Source of the DNA: Curvularia clavata
Taxonomy: Eukaryota
Assembly (NCBI GenBank): GCA_023920165.1
Contig: CP089276.1
Span: forward strand, 3,844,001 to 3,908,000
Length of the DNA stretch: 64,000 bases
Reading direction: 5' to 3'
The notes under the pieces are model-generated. The model did not search any database. It was given only the letters and a program-made list of their open reading frames with translations, and was not told the origin of the DNA. A program made the position numbers and the translations under genes. Shown here piece after piece: positions 1 to 14,026 of the stretch; positions within the stretch are counted from its first letter, which is position 1, and the number at the start of each line of letters is the position of its first letter.

Positions 1-683
1 TCATTAATCGAAGCTTGAGATGGAGCCATTATGGGAGCTACAAGTAGGGATTAAAGTGATAGAGTTGCAAAAAATATTGTATTGAAGGTAATATCGTATT
101 GAGCGTCGGCACTCGCCGCAGCCGAGTGCCAGCGCAGTTGACGTAGCTACGCCTTGGCACGGATAGAATTTGGCTGGCCAAGCTGTAATTTATAAGCAGT
201 CTACTCGGGCGGACATCTATAAGTTCCGAGAATCTATACCCTTCATGGACTGGGCGAATTGGGTCTCTATACCAGGAAGGAAAAACAAGATTTCCTCCGC
301 AGATACTAACTCTATAATATGAGCTATCAATTATCTATATTTCGGCCAAGAGCACTAGTGCAGCCCCCTGCTTAAGAGCAGGTAAAACAATAACGTGGGG
401 CACGTTGTTTAGCTTTTGCCTGTATAATGCTAACAGACCGGAACCACGGACATCCATTAGTGGCACCGACACTAACTACTGAGATTGTAAAGGTGGATTC
501 TATTCCCCATCAGGGCAAGATAGATAATATTAAGAGACTGTATGAATAAAGAAAACAAGCGAATGGTTATATAAAGTCATGCCGCTTATGCACTTATTCT
601 CTCTGAGTATCAAGTTCATCTGTATATGTTAAACAAATTATCTCTCAAAATCCCTTCACTTTTTGTTACTATCCTTTCGTACG

Positions 684-2320
684 ATGCCTGGTTATCCTCT
701 GTTTTTGCTTGCTGTAGCCCTATTTTACAACATCCTTGCTACAGCATCATCGATTCTATTTGCTGGGGGAACTATAATCGCATTCGACTACAACACTGAG
801 TCGCTTCAAATCATTCGCAATGGTTCTATCTTAGTAACCAACGACTGTATCGCCGCCATTATACCTGCTTCCGCCGTGGTTGATGTGCCAAAGAACACGG
901 AGATAATCAATGCCACGCAGAAGATCATCACTGCAGGCTTCATCGACACACACAGACATGGTTGGCAGACTGTCTTCAAAACACTTGGATCGAACGCCAG
1001 TCTTGCCGAGTATTTCTATCGCTATGGACCAAGTAGTGGCGCTGCACTCTTAACAGCTGATGACGTTTATATCAGCCAACTGGCAGGGCTCTATGAAGCA
1101 CTTAATGCCGGTGTTACCACAGTGCTTGACCATGCGCACCACACCTGGTCAGGAGAAGCAGCTGAAGCAGGTCTGTCAGGATCAATTGATAGTGGTGCTA
1201 GAGTCATTTGGAGCTACGGGTTCCAGAACAGTACCAACTATACTATGCCACAACAAATTCAGAACTTCCGCGATATTGCTACCAAGGCAGCATCTAATGG
1301 CTCTTCTACGACTCTGGGTATTGCTTACGACTCTTTTGGCCCGAATCCGGTACTTGAAGAGGTTAATGAGATTATTCAATTAGGAAGGTAAGACGCTGAG
1401 CACGCAGTTGATATAATTGCTTAACCTGCCGGCAGGGAATATAATGTTTCTTTAATAACTGCACACTCGTTGCAGGGTCCTTGGGGTAGTAAGTTAATAC
1501 ACTTTTGGATAGTGTCCCCGTCCCATCAGCTCTATTTATCTAAAACTAATCCGGAAAAGTCACAAATAGCCCTGAAGATTTACAATCCTTAGGCATTCTC
1601 AACACCTCGATCCCAATAGTCCTCTCGCACGCAAGTTTCCTCACCTCAACCGGTGCCGACCTTCTCCGCAGCACAAATCAATACATCTCTATTACTCCAG
1701 AATCGGAAATGCACTACGGCCACACCAACCCGCATAGCCACCAAATCCAAGATCAGTGTGCACTTGGTGTTGACACACACTTTACCTTCTCCACGGATAT
1801 TCTAACGCAGGCGCGGATCTGGCTGCAGAGCGCGCGCTACAGGATGTACAATTCAGTACTTGATACGTGGCGCATCCCACGCAACAACCCAATGTCGGTC
1901 AACCAAGCATTCTTACTTGCGACACGCCACGGTGCACTGGCCCTGCGACGACCGGACCTTGGCGTCCTAGCTACTGGAGCCAAGGCAGATCTTGTTGTGT
2001 GGAATGGCCGCTCGCCCTCGCTACTGGGTTGGACGGACCCTGTCGCGGCTATCATTTTGCATGCCAATGTTGGAGATATTGACCATGTGCTTGTGGATGG
2101 TCAATTCAGGAAACGGGATGGCAAGATAGTTGCTCCCGATTATACAGACGTGCAAGAACGATTTCTTTCCAGTGCGCGTCGCATTCAGAACATTTTAAAG
2201 CAGACACCTCAGCCATCTCTAGAGGGCCGCTTCTTTGGCATCGGAGGTGAGTATGCCAACGCGGATACCGCAGACACTCAGCGTGGAGAGGGGAATGGTT
2301 ACGGTCCGTCTTACGTGTAG
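684..2320 (+). CDS. Amidohydrolase-family metallo-dependent hydrolase with probable signal peptide; 2 introns (~1389-1435, ~1489-1558)
   Basis: Hydrophobic N-terminus, GFIDTHRH metal-binding motif, AGVTTVLDHAH, LGVDT and GAKADLVV; ORFs 663-1391 and 1709-2320 join through GT-AG introns. Confidence 0.85.
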
Positions 2321-2519
2321 TGCACAGAAATGGTCTTCTCAGAACTATATTACTATAACGTTTGTTCTACGTGTCAGTGTATCGAGGTTTTTACATATGC
2401 TTGCAGAGCCTAACCAATACTCGGGCCCAACGGCTGCTGTAGCAGAATTTCAATGAAATTACCCGTACTCTACACGGGCCTATCAACTCAACGATAATAT
2501 TACCTCAATGATAACACGT

Positions 2520-3005
2520 AGCTTGTAGTACATACATCTACTATGTATAATAATGTTGTAGATCTAAGCTAGTCAGCTGATCTACAGAATCTAAGTGCTT
2601 ACTACTACACCAAGAATCAATTAAATCTATAGTCGATTTGTCAAGACTATAATAGATTAGTAGATATCTATGTATAACGCCAAAAATTACGCAATCTACT
2701 ACTAGATAGACTTTTCTAGAATTTACTCCAGCTAATATGTATAGTAGCAGAATAGCTAGTAGATAGAAACTAGAGCGGATCACTACAATTAAAACAGACT
2801 GTCTAGCCTGACTACTCTAACTACTTTGTCCCTCTCCCTTAGCACATATTCCTTACTCGAGTCTTTGATTAAGCTACCTCTGAGTCTGCTCCTATTAGAA
2901 TAAGTAGCTACCCCATACTTTGATAAGTAAGTTGTATACTCTAATCATAAGCTCTTGTAATACCTATAGCATCGTTCGCTATTAATCATTTCCTTATCTC
3001 TAGGC
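2520..3005. mobile_element. RIP-degraded transposon/LTR relic
   Basis: AT-rich, dense in TA/CTA/TAG, with no credible ORF, between two genes; boundaries approximate. Confidence 0.5.
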
Positions 3006-3009
3006 ATAC

Positions 3010-4150
3010 CTACTTCCCAACATGACCCCACTCACTCTCCGGGTAAACTCTCTTAACTTGGTACCACCCAACTTCTTGCTTAACCACGTTGCCCATAACC
3101 TTCTTTGTCCACTCAGTGCTCACGCTCTCCTCCAACTCCTTCCACGGCAGTACTTCGCCACTGAATTCGTGCAGCGCCAAAAACCTCGGGACCGCCTCCT
3201 TCTCGTCAGAAGGCTGGAGCTGCTCAAGCTTGATCGCGGCCACGACCTCGTAGCGCCGAGAGCGTATGAAGCCCGGCGCGCGGGATAGCATCGGGATATG
3301 CTCCTCGCGATACCATTTGTCAAAGTCGGAAATGGAGGCTGCATCAGATGGTGGTTCGAGACCAGCGGAAACAATGAACTTTGCTGCGCCTAATGTTCAG
3401 AATCAGAACGATTCTCACTTGTCTCTGGAGCGCCGTGGTGTTTTTGCGGCCAGATGCGTAGGCGAGTAATTGTCCAGATCAGAAATTACGTACCTTTGTC
3501 TGCAGTCTGCCCCTCAACAGCTTGCACCTCCTCGTAGAATCGGATGTCGAAGCGTACGTTGTTGTACACGGTTTCGATCAGTTCTTTGCTTGGCGGGTTC
3601 CGCTTCGCGATGCCTGTGAAATCGTCCGAGTTGCGATATTCAATGTCTGGCATTTCGTAAACCACCTGAAAATCTCCTTAGCATCCACAAAGACACAAAA
3701 TCGCCGATATTCTTGGAAAAGCACAATCTCGATTATTTGTTTCATTTCCACCACAACGTAGAAAACGAAGCAAGTGAAAGAAAGGGATTTGTAAGACAAT
3801 ATCCCAAACAATTTCTACACTTTCACCACTCCAAACTCGAAAATATACCTACCAGCCATGGAGCCTTTGTACTCAACGTATCAGCACTTGGCTGTGGCTG
3901 CAAAGCCTCGTATCGCACCGCTGACGGCGCACCAGGTAGAGCTAGCACCTCCTGAATATGCTCCTGTATCACCTTATCGTCAGCTTCCATTCCCTCCTTT
4001 GCATCGCATCAAACAACATCGCACGAAGAAGGAAAGAACCCTTTCGAAAGGGAAACCTCATACATTCTCATACCACTCGCTCAATTTCTCCTCCGAAAGG
4101 CCTTCGGGCCTTAGAATCCGTGACGCCACCCAGAGAACACCACGGCCCAT
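3010..4150 (-). CDS. EthD-like dimeric alpha-beta barrel protein (two WYxxxH repeats), 3 introns
   Basis: Spliced reading MGRGVLWVASRI...EWYEN/HIQEVLALPG...APWL/VVYEMPDIEY.../...FDKWYREEHIPMLSRAPGFIRSRRYE...; GT-AG junctions found by hand. Confidence 0.7.
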
Positions 4151-4674
4151 GATTCCTCTCTTATCCTTTCTTTTTTTTGTTCCTTGCTCTTGCAATCAGC
4201 CCCGCGGAAAAAAAAACCGTGTATTGAATACTCCCAGCTCTTTGAGCGAAGAAAGGCAATATGACAAAAGAAGTCTACTGTCAAGTGTACCAGGTATAAT
4301 GACTAGAAAGTAAGGGAGGAGAAGAAGAAGACACCGTACTACATATACAACCCGCCTGCCCGCCCGCCGCCATGAGCCCCGCAGCACTAGCGCTCGTCCC
4401 AACCCAGATCTCCACCCTCACTTCCGGCTGTCTTTCACCGGTCAAAAGAAGACGGAATGGGGGTTCTTCCCATTTAGGGTAAGTGATACGTCTCTGGAAC
4501 GGAGAGTTAGGTTGCTTATTCGCAGTTCCAGTCCCAGGGATCTGTGTGTGTGTGGGAGGGAGAAAGGTGGATAACGGTACCCACGCCGAGTCAGGTCACA
4601 GGGTATGCGCGGCAAGTGTAGTCTACAACGAGCCTTTTCTTGCTTCCTATACATATACATGTTACTTGAAAATG

Positions 4675-4706
4675 GAGAGAGAGAGTGTGTGTGTGTGTGT
4701 GTGTGT
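4675..4706. repeat. (GA)n(GT)n microsatellite
   Basis: gagagagagagtgtgtgtgtgtgtgtgtgt seen directly. Confidence 0.9.
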
Positions 4707-5378
4707 TTGAACCTGCTGATTTTCCCTCAATCTAGCCTACCGTAGACTCGGCGTGGTTTTGTATATACGTTCTCTCTCTCTCTTCCGTTTTGTATGTGGA
4801 AAAAAATCCTGTGTACACATACCTATCGGACCGACTGATGGAGTAGGTAGCCCGATGATCGCTGCCTTCTTCTTTGTCGCCCCTGCTCTTTGCTTACACC
4901 AAGAAAGATACCAAAGAGGAACAAAAAAAAAAATCAAGACATTGATCAAAAATGTCGCTGAATCGCTTCTTAAAATTATGCTTGCTTGCTTCGGCCTCGC
5001 TATCTTGAATCCATCCATCCATACACACACACATCTTCCAACATGGTTTGTCTTTCCAAAATCAATCACAGCCCCTTAGTCTAATATGATACAAATAGTC
5101 TCTTCTCGGCAAAACGTAGTAAGGAGAAAGAGAGTAATAGTGAAGTGAACCTCCCAGTATCACCATCGTCCGCGGCTCGGCCGAGGTGCGTGCCATGCTT
5201 GCCTGCCCCATTTCTCTACAAGTACGTGCTAGAAACTGCACAACGACCGTCGACAAACGAGGCCGTATCTTTGCAGCACAGATGACTGCACGAGCTCCTA
5301 CCGCCACTTCTTTGGCACTCGTGCGTTCGAGGGCAGAGACTCGACATTGAAGTTAGCCTGCTCGCTGGGTCATCGCAT

Positions 5379-8300
5379 CTAGCTCTTTTCGTAGGCGCGT
5401 TGGACATCAAGTGACTGCTTCGCGTTTGCTGTTTGCCAAAAGTCCAGGCTGGCGATGACATCATTGCCGAGTTCATCCTCGTATGAGTACAGTATCTGGG
5501 CATGTTAGAAATGGAATTCAAAGCAGGGCTCAACTGTGGTGACATACCTCTCTTGTTGATGTGTGCAACCACCTAATATTCTTCCCAGTGATGATGTGCA
5601 CAAGGCCACCACTCTCCATATGCCGAATTTCAATAAAGCTGGGCTCAAACGCAAGGATGTAGGGATTGAAGATAGCAAAGGCTGCGGGTGTACCCTCCCA
5701 AGTAATCTTCCAGTCCGGTCGCGCTCGCCAGCCGTTACGGTTGACAAAGAACGAGTAGTCCGTGTAGCACAACAGGAACTCGCTTGCCATGCGCTCAATA
5801 TGAATTGGCTTGATGTTCTCCTTTCGCACAACAAAGTCGAGCGATGTGTCGGCCTGGTCAAGGAGTGATTGCGTTTCGAGTGTTTCAAGACTGACCACTT
5901 CAAAGCCACGTGCGCAACCAACGCAGAGCTTGGATCGCAGGAAGTGAATAGACGTTGATTCGGTAGGAATGTAAAATTCCTTGTAGGGCTTGAGTTGGTC
6001 TGCACCACCTGTTGAGAGCATCATCTTGGCGAAACCAGATTTCTTGTTCTTGTTGCCCATCTGCTCCTTGGGCTCGTAAACCTTGATCGTCGTCGATAGC
6101 GCCGACGTCTTGACTGCGGCGACCAGTTGCTGTCCCAAGCAGATACCGGCCTTGAAAAAGTTGGCGTGACAGATCTTCCGGGGACGCTTGACCATGGCTT
6201 GCGACTCGTCGGGCTCCAAAGCATCGGTCGAGTACGAGTATAGAGTTTTGTCGGCTAAGACGAGAACAATGGCATGTTGCTCGAGAACCTCAATCTGGGT
6301 AACGCTCTTGCAATCCAGTACACGACGAGGACGTATTGAGGCATCCTTTGGCTTACGCTCCACAACATACACACCAGCATCTGTTCCGAGGGCCAACTTG
6401 CGACCACCGTCTGACTTGTGTTAGCAGTGAACTCAAACGAAAATACTCAATACTCACCCAGAGGAACAGCACAGGTAACCCTGATAGTAGGAGAGAAGAA
6501 GCCTTCGTTGACAATGGTCTTGGTAAAGATGTTGCTGCGCTCTCTCAAACTTCGCTGTTGGGCGTCAATATGTTCCATCCACTTCTGCTGGGAAATTGGG
6601 GTGCTCGCGAAGAGCGTCAGCTCATAACCGCCCTTTCCAAGGTGCTTGAACGTGATTGGGTAGCCCTGTTGCTTGGGGTCGCTGTTCTTTGGGGTTGCGG
6701 CAGCAATTGCCTTTCCAGCAATCAAGTTTGCTGACGGTCGCTTTGCAATGCCCAGCTTGGGGTTGACTTCTTCCATTTGCGTAATGACAAGAAGCTCCAA
6801 CGGTATGGGCTTCTTGTAGACCTTTTGCTCCTCGCGCTTATTGACTGTCTTGGCACGCACCAGAAGAACGGCGTGGTCGAAGAGGTAGCAGGTAATGTCG
6901 CCAGTCGTCTCTGTTGGCGTCTTCTTCAAAGTGCCCTTGAACACTAGCTGTCGATTTTCGTCTGTCAACTTCAAATCGACAAACTCTCCAGGCCTGAACT
7001 TGAGATCCTTGTTGAGCTGCATGAGGTTGAAGTGGTTTTCTGCCTTGCCTGACTCGATGTTGACCTTTGACAGCGTGTCTTTGATTATACTGATTACCTT
7101 GGGAATATCTTCTTTGTCTGGATTGTCGTCCGCTGTGTATTTGGCAATGTTCTCCAGCAGCAGCGGATATCTGGCCAGCCTCGTGGTTGGCTTTGTAAGA
7201 TAACCGTTGAGCTCCAGCTTTCTTGATTCCTTCATTCTCTCCACGTCGTCGACGAATTTGGCAAAGGCTGAGTTGGTGCGCTTCTCATGCTCAAACTCGT
7301 ACTTACCGAAGAGCTGGTTAGCACCGTATTTGATAAAGGGTCCAAAATGCGGTACATATTCCAGGAAGATGTCTCCAATGTTCCGAACCACGGCCTCTTT
7401 CTGCTGCCGTCTCGTGAGTTGTTCGGCCATGCGAGAGTTGACCATGTAGACCTCTTGGCAGTTAGAAAATACAGTGCGAACAAACTTCTCGCGACGATGC
7501 TCGGGAATCGGAGACGTGGCAGGGTTGCGCAGAGGCTTCATCCAGAAGTCGCGGAGGTACTCGAGATCTTTTACGAAATCACGCTCAGTGTACATAAGCT
7601 CGGAAATAACCTCTTGTCGCTTTTGCTCCTTCTCCGACACACTGTCAGAAATCTCCTTTGGCACCGTGTTGATCCACAGTTTCTGCTCTTCCTGATCCTT
7701 TTCCTCGTGCAAACTTGCTCTCGACTCTTCGCGTTTGAGGCCAGGCTGGATGCGCATATTGAGACGAGCTTGCTGCTCCAGACGGCGCGGGCATGCAATC
7801 GAGTAGCACAGGCGGTCACGTGTACACGTGGGAGAGTAGCACTCGGTCAGCAGGGTAAACACGCCATTGATCTCAGACTTGTCCTCAACCATTGTTTCAC
7901 GGAACTGGTAAATCTCGTTTGTCGAGTCTCGCAAGCGGTGGGCATACGTCACATCGTGGAAGAACTTTTGCGCATCAAGGGACCGGCCCAAGAGGAGCGC
8001 TAGATTACGGTCGGTGGTTTTGATAATGAATGAGATGAGATCAACCGCATCCGCTCCAGTAAAGGCGCTCTTGTAGACGAGGCCGTCCTTTTCCTTTTCA
8101 GAAAGAACCACTCTGTCCTGAAATGTGTCGGCGACTCTGGATAGCAGAGCAGGATACACTAGAGGCGCTCGTCGCTGAGCAGCAGGCATCTGTTGCGCCG
8201 GCACCATTGAGTTCATCGACTGGTTGGACGTCCTGTTGTTGCTGGAGTTGCTTCCAAATGTCTGAGACGAGTCTGGACGAGAGCTGATGGAGGTCATGGT

Positions 8301-9296
8301 ACTGGTGCGGTCAGAGGGGGGCACAACTGTCGATGCCATGGACATTGACCGCGATTGGTTGTTCGGCATGCTCCCTTGGCTTATGCTCCTGGGACTGGGA
8401 TTCGACGGTAGTCCTGTGTTTGCGTGTGGGGGATGACCATGCGGTGCAGATGACATTTCAGATTCACCAGACTCTCGCCTTCGACTTGGTATGATTCTGC
8501 CGCTCATTGTCTGTGTGTGCTCTGGATCTCTTGTGTACGAGGTCATGGACATTGTTCGCTCGTCGGGGCGTTCTGGCACCACGCGTCCCTGTGCCGTTGT
8601 CCTGGCCATGTGGTTCATGTAGGGCTGCTGGCGGAAAGTGTTTGCGTGGGATGGGTGAGAAGGCCCGCCAGGATTGAACGGCGGGCGTGGATTCAAAGCC
8701 AGCGATTGTGAACGATACGGGTCTGAGTTCATGGCGGGTCCCGGAGGGCCAGGGAAGCGATTGGGAATGGGCCGGTTGTAAGGGGGCTGGCCAGGAGGAG
8801 AAGTCCTGGTGTCGAAACGCTGGGGCTGGCCGTAGGGTTGTCGCTCAGGACGAAGGGGTTGTGGCAGGTACTGAGGCTGCGGCTGGCGCTGCTGTTGTTG
8901 TTGCTGCTGCTGTGGCCCGTCTGGATATCGCGGCTGCTGACCGTAGCCGTTTGGCATAGGTCGCCCATAGCCATTCGGCGGATCTATGGGGCGCTGCTCT
9001 CCGAGACCTTGTCCCGTGCGCGGATCGTACTGTGGGTGAGGACGACGATCGTAGCCATTGATGGGCTGGCGAATTGGCGGGGCGCGCTGCATCATGTCAG
9101 CCGTCTGGCTAGACATGGTCGCTGCGCGATCGGGAATGTTCCTGTGTGACTGCGAGGTCATCGTCTGCGAGCGGCCTGCCATGGACGGACTGGCCCCAAA
9201 GATGTTTGTAAAAGCCGTGTCCCTGGCGCCCGTGGGCTGGCCATGGTTTTGGCCGCGCGCATACTCCGGCCGCTGCTGGTTGCCGTAGTCGGCCAT
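5379..9296 (-). CDS. ROM2: Rho1 guanine nucleotide exchange factor, Rom2/Rgf1 type (DEP, DH, PH, CNH domains); 2 introns
   Basis: DEP region (AFTGADAVD, DRNLALLLGRSLDAQKFFHDV), DH (RQEVISELMYTERDFVKDL, LTKPTTRLARYPLLL), PH and CNH exon 5530-6396; last exon ILYSYEDELGNDVIASLDFW...*. Confidence 0.93.
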
Positions 9297-9975
9297 GTCT
9301 CTTCAATCCACAGCGGGCCTAGGCTGTCGCGAGCATTCGCAGCGGTGCTTTGGGCGAGGGCGGCGGGCGTGGGTTTTTTTGATAGAAGCGATTCGGCGGC
9401 GTGTCCGGGGCAGCAGACAGCCGATACGGTTGCGGCGCACGAATCGACAGCACTGCAGGTCACAACGGCGAGTCACGCTCTCGTCTTGCTTGGCCGCAGA
9501 TGTGCTCGAGGAGTGAGGGAGGCCTGAGGGTGTCGAGCAGGGCGGCGGGGTGTTGGCAGAGAAGGGTCAACAGCGCAAGCGCTCCGGCAGTTGTGGGAAC
9601 AAGCCGCCCAGCGAGGGGGGGGCGGTCGGACGGCAGCGAGAAGTGCAGAGGGAGGGCGAGGCGGGTGCAGTGGTCGTGTGTATGTGTATGTGGCGCGGCC
9701 AGAAATGGGGGTGGGAGAGAATATGGGGTAGGGTTGGCTGGGAGGGGGGGCGCTGGCCGGCTTTCCTAGCAGCTCGCGACGTTGGGGAGAAGAGCGGTGG
9801 TGCAGGTGTTGGACCGCCATGTGCTTGGCGTGCGTGCATTCGTCGTCCTCACCCAAACCACGCTGCCGCATCCCGACTATCTTCGACGCATCAACCCCGA
9901 CCTTCTGGTTTCACCTCGTCCTCTCCCACCCTTGCCTGATCCTCGTGCCCACTGTCGCGAGAAAACACAGGCAAC

Positions 9976-10826
9976 ATGTCTTCCAACGAGCTCGCCCCGA
10001 GCTTCGCGCCCTTCTTCGGCATGGTGAGTGCCACTGCAACGCCTGCGTGATGACTTCATAAGCTAACATGTGCGCAGAGCGGCATCGCGTTTGCTGTGAG
10101 TAGCAGCTCCCCTGTCTGGCTGGCGAACTAATGTGCGAGCCCTCACCAGATGATCTTTGGATGTAGGATGCCCCAAGACGCGTAGGCAAGCTGTGCACGA
10201 GCTAATGGGACACAGGCGCCGGAGCTGCCTATGGCACTGCTAAAGCTGGCATCGGTATTGCTGGCATCGGAACATACAGGCCAGACCTGATCATGAAGGT
10301 ACGGCCCGCTGCAGTAGCTCTGTAGAGCTTCCTCTAACGTTGCCAGTCGCTTATCCCCATTGTCATGTCCGGTATCTTGGCCGTCTACTCGCTCGTCATA
10401 TCGGTGCTCATCGCCAGCGACATCAAGCCCCCGCCCAACAACACGTACTCGCTGTACGCCGGATTCATGCACATGGCTGCTGGATTGTCAGTGGGCCTGT
10501 CCGGCCTGGCTGCTGGATATGCCATCGGAATCGTGGGAGACGCTGTAGGTTGAGAGTGGCCGGTAGACGATGGAAGAGAAGCTAATGGCAGGCAGGGCGT
10601 GCGCGCGTTTATGCGCCAATCGAGGATCTTTGTTGGCATGGTCCTCATTCTCATTTTCGCTGAAGTTTTGGGTCTCTATGGGTACGTCTCCAGAACACCG
10701 CACCCCAGCACGGCCCGCGCATAGGCGCAACAACGACATCTCTACGTCGACTGCATGCGCGCTCATTGGCTAATTTTGTTTAGGCTCATTGTTGCCCTGA
10801 TTCTCAACACCCGGGCAAGTGGCTGA
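9976..10826 (+). CDS. VMA11: V-type H+-ATPase proteolipid subunit c'; 7 exons including 18-nt and 13-nt microexons
   Basis: Spliced product [71 protein letters not shown]...[25 protein letters not shown]. Confidence 0.9.
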
Positions 10827-11917
10827 GTGGAAAAGGATGGCTTTGTTTGTACTACTAGGTGGTGTAGAAATACGCAAATCAACCTGCAACGCATTGGAGT
10901 TTGGGGTTACGGGACTGGCTCAGATGAACGGCAGGCGTGGGTCGCTGGGCCACTACAAGGCACATACATACATGTGGGCGACCCGGCCGAGAAGGACAAT
11001 GAGAGCTTTTTGGGAGAGAGTTATATATATATATGGGCTTATGTGCATAGCGGCAGTTTAGCTCTTTGGGGGGCCCTGCATGTGAAGTATCAATATCGAG
11101 TTTGGCAAACAGGGCTCGGGCAGCAGCCCGGCACGACTTGGGCGACCTAGTCTCGATGCGACGTGCCGTTATTCGTCTAGTACCGTGGTTCATGCACATG
11201 GAATGCATGTCGGATGATTGAGAACGGGATTGCTGTATGCCGCACAACATCAGCTGCCAGCCGCACCTGTCGTCTGGGAGCAGCTGCGCCACTTGTCAGC
11301 CCGATGATACAGGTTCATTACCCCGAGACGATGGCGGAGGCATGGGCGGACTGCCAGACCGCCACTGCGTCACGCAACCCCGAGGCCAGTCGCGCGTTAG
11401 CTGGCTACCATGGCTGGATAGCGCGAGCGTGAAGGAGTCGTCTTGGCCAAAAGGACTAAGCAAGGCCACTCATTCACGGCGGGCCGACTGGTTGTTTCTC
11501 ACCGGCTCAGGCTCACGGCATGGCCACCAGGGATGCGTCGGCGTAGGAGCATGTTCCCCACGTCTGGTGCGTCATCTTTTGCAGCAATGCGCCTCGTGTA
11601 GACCCCCGCTATCCCATCCACCTGTTGCGCCCACGCCCGCACCCGCTCCCTCGTGTCCCTCTCACCAGCTCCCTTTGCAAGCCCATGATTGTGCTCTGCT
11701 GCATGCCTGGCCGCTCCGCCTAACACAAGGCCCGCCCTTCACCATTCCCGCCACGTTTGCCCCGACTTCGCTCCAAACTCCCGCCATTGATTGACCCTGC
11801 CATGTGGTGTCTCTGCTACTGAGCCTCCATCAAGCACGGAAACGGCCGCTTGGCTCCCTCACTGCTCTGTCCTGTTGTACCGCACGCCGTCGCCTCGAGC
11901 TAGCACCGCCCATCACC

Positions 11918-13477
11918 ATGGCGACTACCTTCAAGAACATGCTCCACCCGCTGCAACACCACCGCGACAAGAAAGAACCGTCGCATTCCGGCCCCCTGCA
12001 CGACCGCACCGACTCGGCCATGGACAGGCCCCGCGAAGAGGAGAAGCACCAGTTGGCCCAGTGGGAGGCGCAGAAGCACACCCTCACCCCGGATGACATC
12101 GACATTGACCCCCAGAAGAAGCCCGTTGGCCACTCGTCAAAGGTGCTGCGCGAGGAAGACTTTGAGCTCATCAAGACGCTCGGAACCGGTCCGCATACCT
12201 GCACATGCGCCCGCGCTGATAACCCCTCGCTGACTCTATCCCAGGCACTTTTGCGCGCGTCTGGCTCGTGCGATTAAAGGATCCAAAGCCTGGTGACGAG
12301 AACCAGGTTTTTGCCCTGAAGATTCTACGCAAGGTAGACGGTACGCGCGGACCCTGACAACCTAAACGGTCGCTACCACTAACGCTCCTGTCTCAGTCAT
12401 CCGTCTCAAACAAGTCGAACATGTCCGGAACGAGCGCAATGTCCTCGCCAAGGTCGCGGGACATCCCTTCATAACGACCATGGTCGCCAGCTTCCAATCG
12501 CTGGATTCCCTCTACATGGTGGTACGTAGCCACACGCCCAGCACATTTGGACCAAAGTTGGCATACAAGAATCAAGGCAATCGCTGACACCTTGGCCAGC
12601 TCGACTACTGTCCCGGCGGCGAAGTCTTCAGCTACCTGCGCAGAGCGCGGCGCTTCAACGAACCCACTTCCCAATTCTACGCAGCTGAAATTGTACTTAT
12701 ATTAGAGTTCCTACATGAGCGCGAGGGCGTTGCATATCGCGATTTAAAACCAGAAAACATCCTGATAGACGCAGAGGGTCATCTCAAGCTGGTTGATTTT
12801 GGATTCGCAAAGAAGGTAGAAAATAGTAGGTTACGTCATAGCTCATAGCCTGACAACGAGTGGAGACTGACAGCTCGCACAGGAGAGACCTACACGCTCT
12901 GTGGTACTCCCGAGTACCTGGCACCAGAGGTCATTCGTAATACAGGTGCGATCGGCATGGCACGCGCCATGGGTACCCTACTAACGGGATTGCAGGTCAT
13001 GGCACGGCAGTCGATTGGTGGGCGTTTGGCATCCTTGTGTACGAGTTTCTCGTTGGACAACCGCCCTTCTGGGATCAAAATCCTATGAAAATCTATGAAC
13101 AGTACGTCTGCCAAGACAAAGTCCAACGATTGGTTACTAAGATTTTGTTTTGCAGAATTGTTGAAGGACGAGTTCGCTTCCCCTCGGCCATGTCACCAGC
13201 CGCGCGTGACCTCATTTCCGGTCTCTGTACTGTCGACACTTCCAAGCGTCTGGGAAATGTCGCTGGTGGTGCTCAGCGCGTCAAGGATCATGAGTGGTTC
13301 AAGGACATTGACTGGGTAAAACTCTATAACCGCGAAGTTCAAGGGCCAATTGTACCGCACCTACGTGGCCCAGCAGACACACGGAATTTCGACGAGTACG
13401 AACCAGAACCAGAAAACCGCGAACCTTATACCAAGGAACTGAGCGACAGATGGGAGGAGAGCTTCAAGGACTTTTAG
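11918..13477 (+). CDS. cAMP-dependent protein kinase catalytic subunit (probably the secondary PKA2/CPK2-type paralog), multi-intron
   Basis: LGTGTFARV, YRDLKPEN, DFGFAK, TYTLCGTPEYLAPE, DTRNFDEY and C-terminal FKDF. Confidence 0.9.
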
Positions 13478-14026
13478 AAACAAGTCCTAGACGGAAATTA
13501 GAGAACAAAGTAAAGCCAAAGGAATACTCAAACGTGAGGTCTCTCGATGCCAAAGGACGGCTACGAGGAGATTATAACACGAGAGTAAATGAGGGTGCGA
13601 AGATGGTAATCTCGCAAGTCCCTTTGATGAGTTTATCACGAAAGCTCTGTAACATTGGTGCATATAGGAATGGTCTTGTGCTTGAAAGATAGGAAAAGAC
13701 AAGGAAAGGTTGGACGTGGGCGTTTGGATTAGGTGCCAGGGGCGAGCTTCAGGCTCGACTTATCATTATTCTCTTTCTTGTTCTCTTGCTCATGATGAAT
13801 GACTCTGCATATAGCACAATACGTAAGTCGACACTCGAATGGAAGTGTTACCATGATTTGGCTTGTTTTTTTTTCTGGTATCCGACTTTGAATATAAGTG
13901 AAATTACGTATTTATATGCTAGAAGATGTGATTATGAGAAGGGCAATAGAGAAAGAGAGAGAAAAGAAAACCTGACAAAGGAAATGTTATACGTTTTTTT
14001 TTCTACCTACAAGAATTCTCCATTTT

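Noticed and set aside
108..130. GGCACTCG/CGAGTGCC hairpin as a Helitron end or terminator
   Set aside because: Isolated 8-bp stem without a clear CTRR end or other supporting element
2541..2783. 80-aa hydrophobic ORF
   Set aside because: Lies in TA-rich degraded repeat sequence; composition artefact
7287..8003. Long antisense ORFs (also 16445-17230, 17297-18085, 23390-24193, 24257-24973, 46101-46718)
   Set aside because: Shadow frames of real GC-rich genes with no motifs
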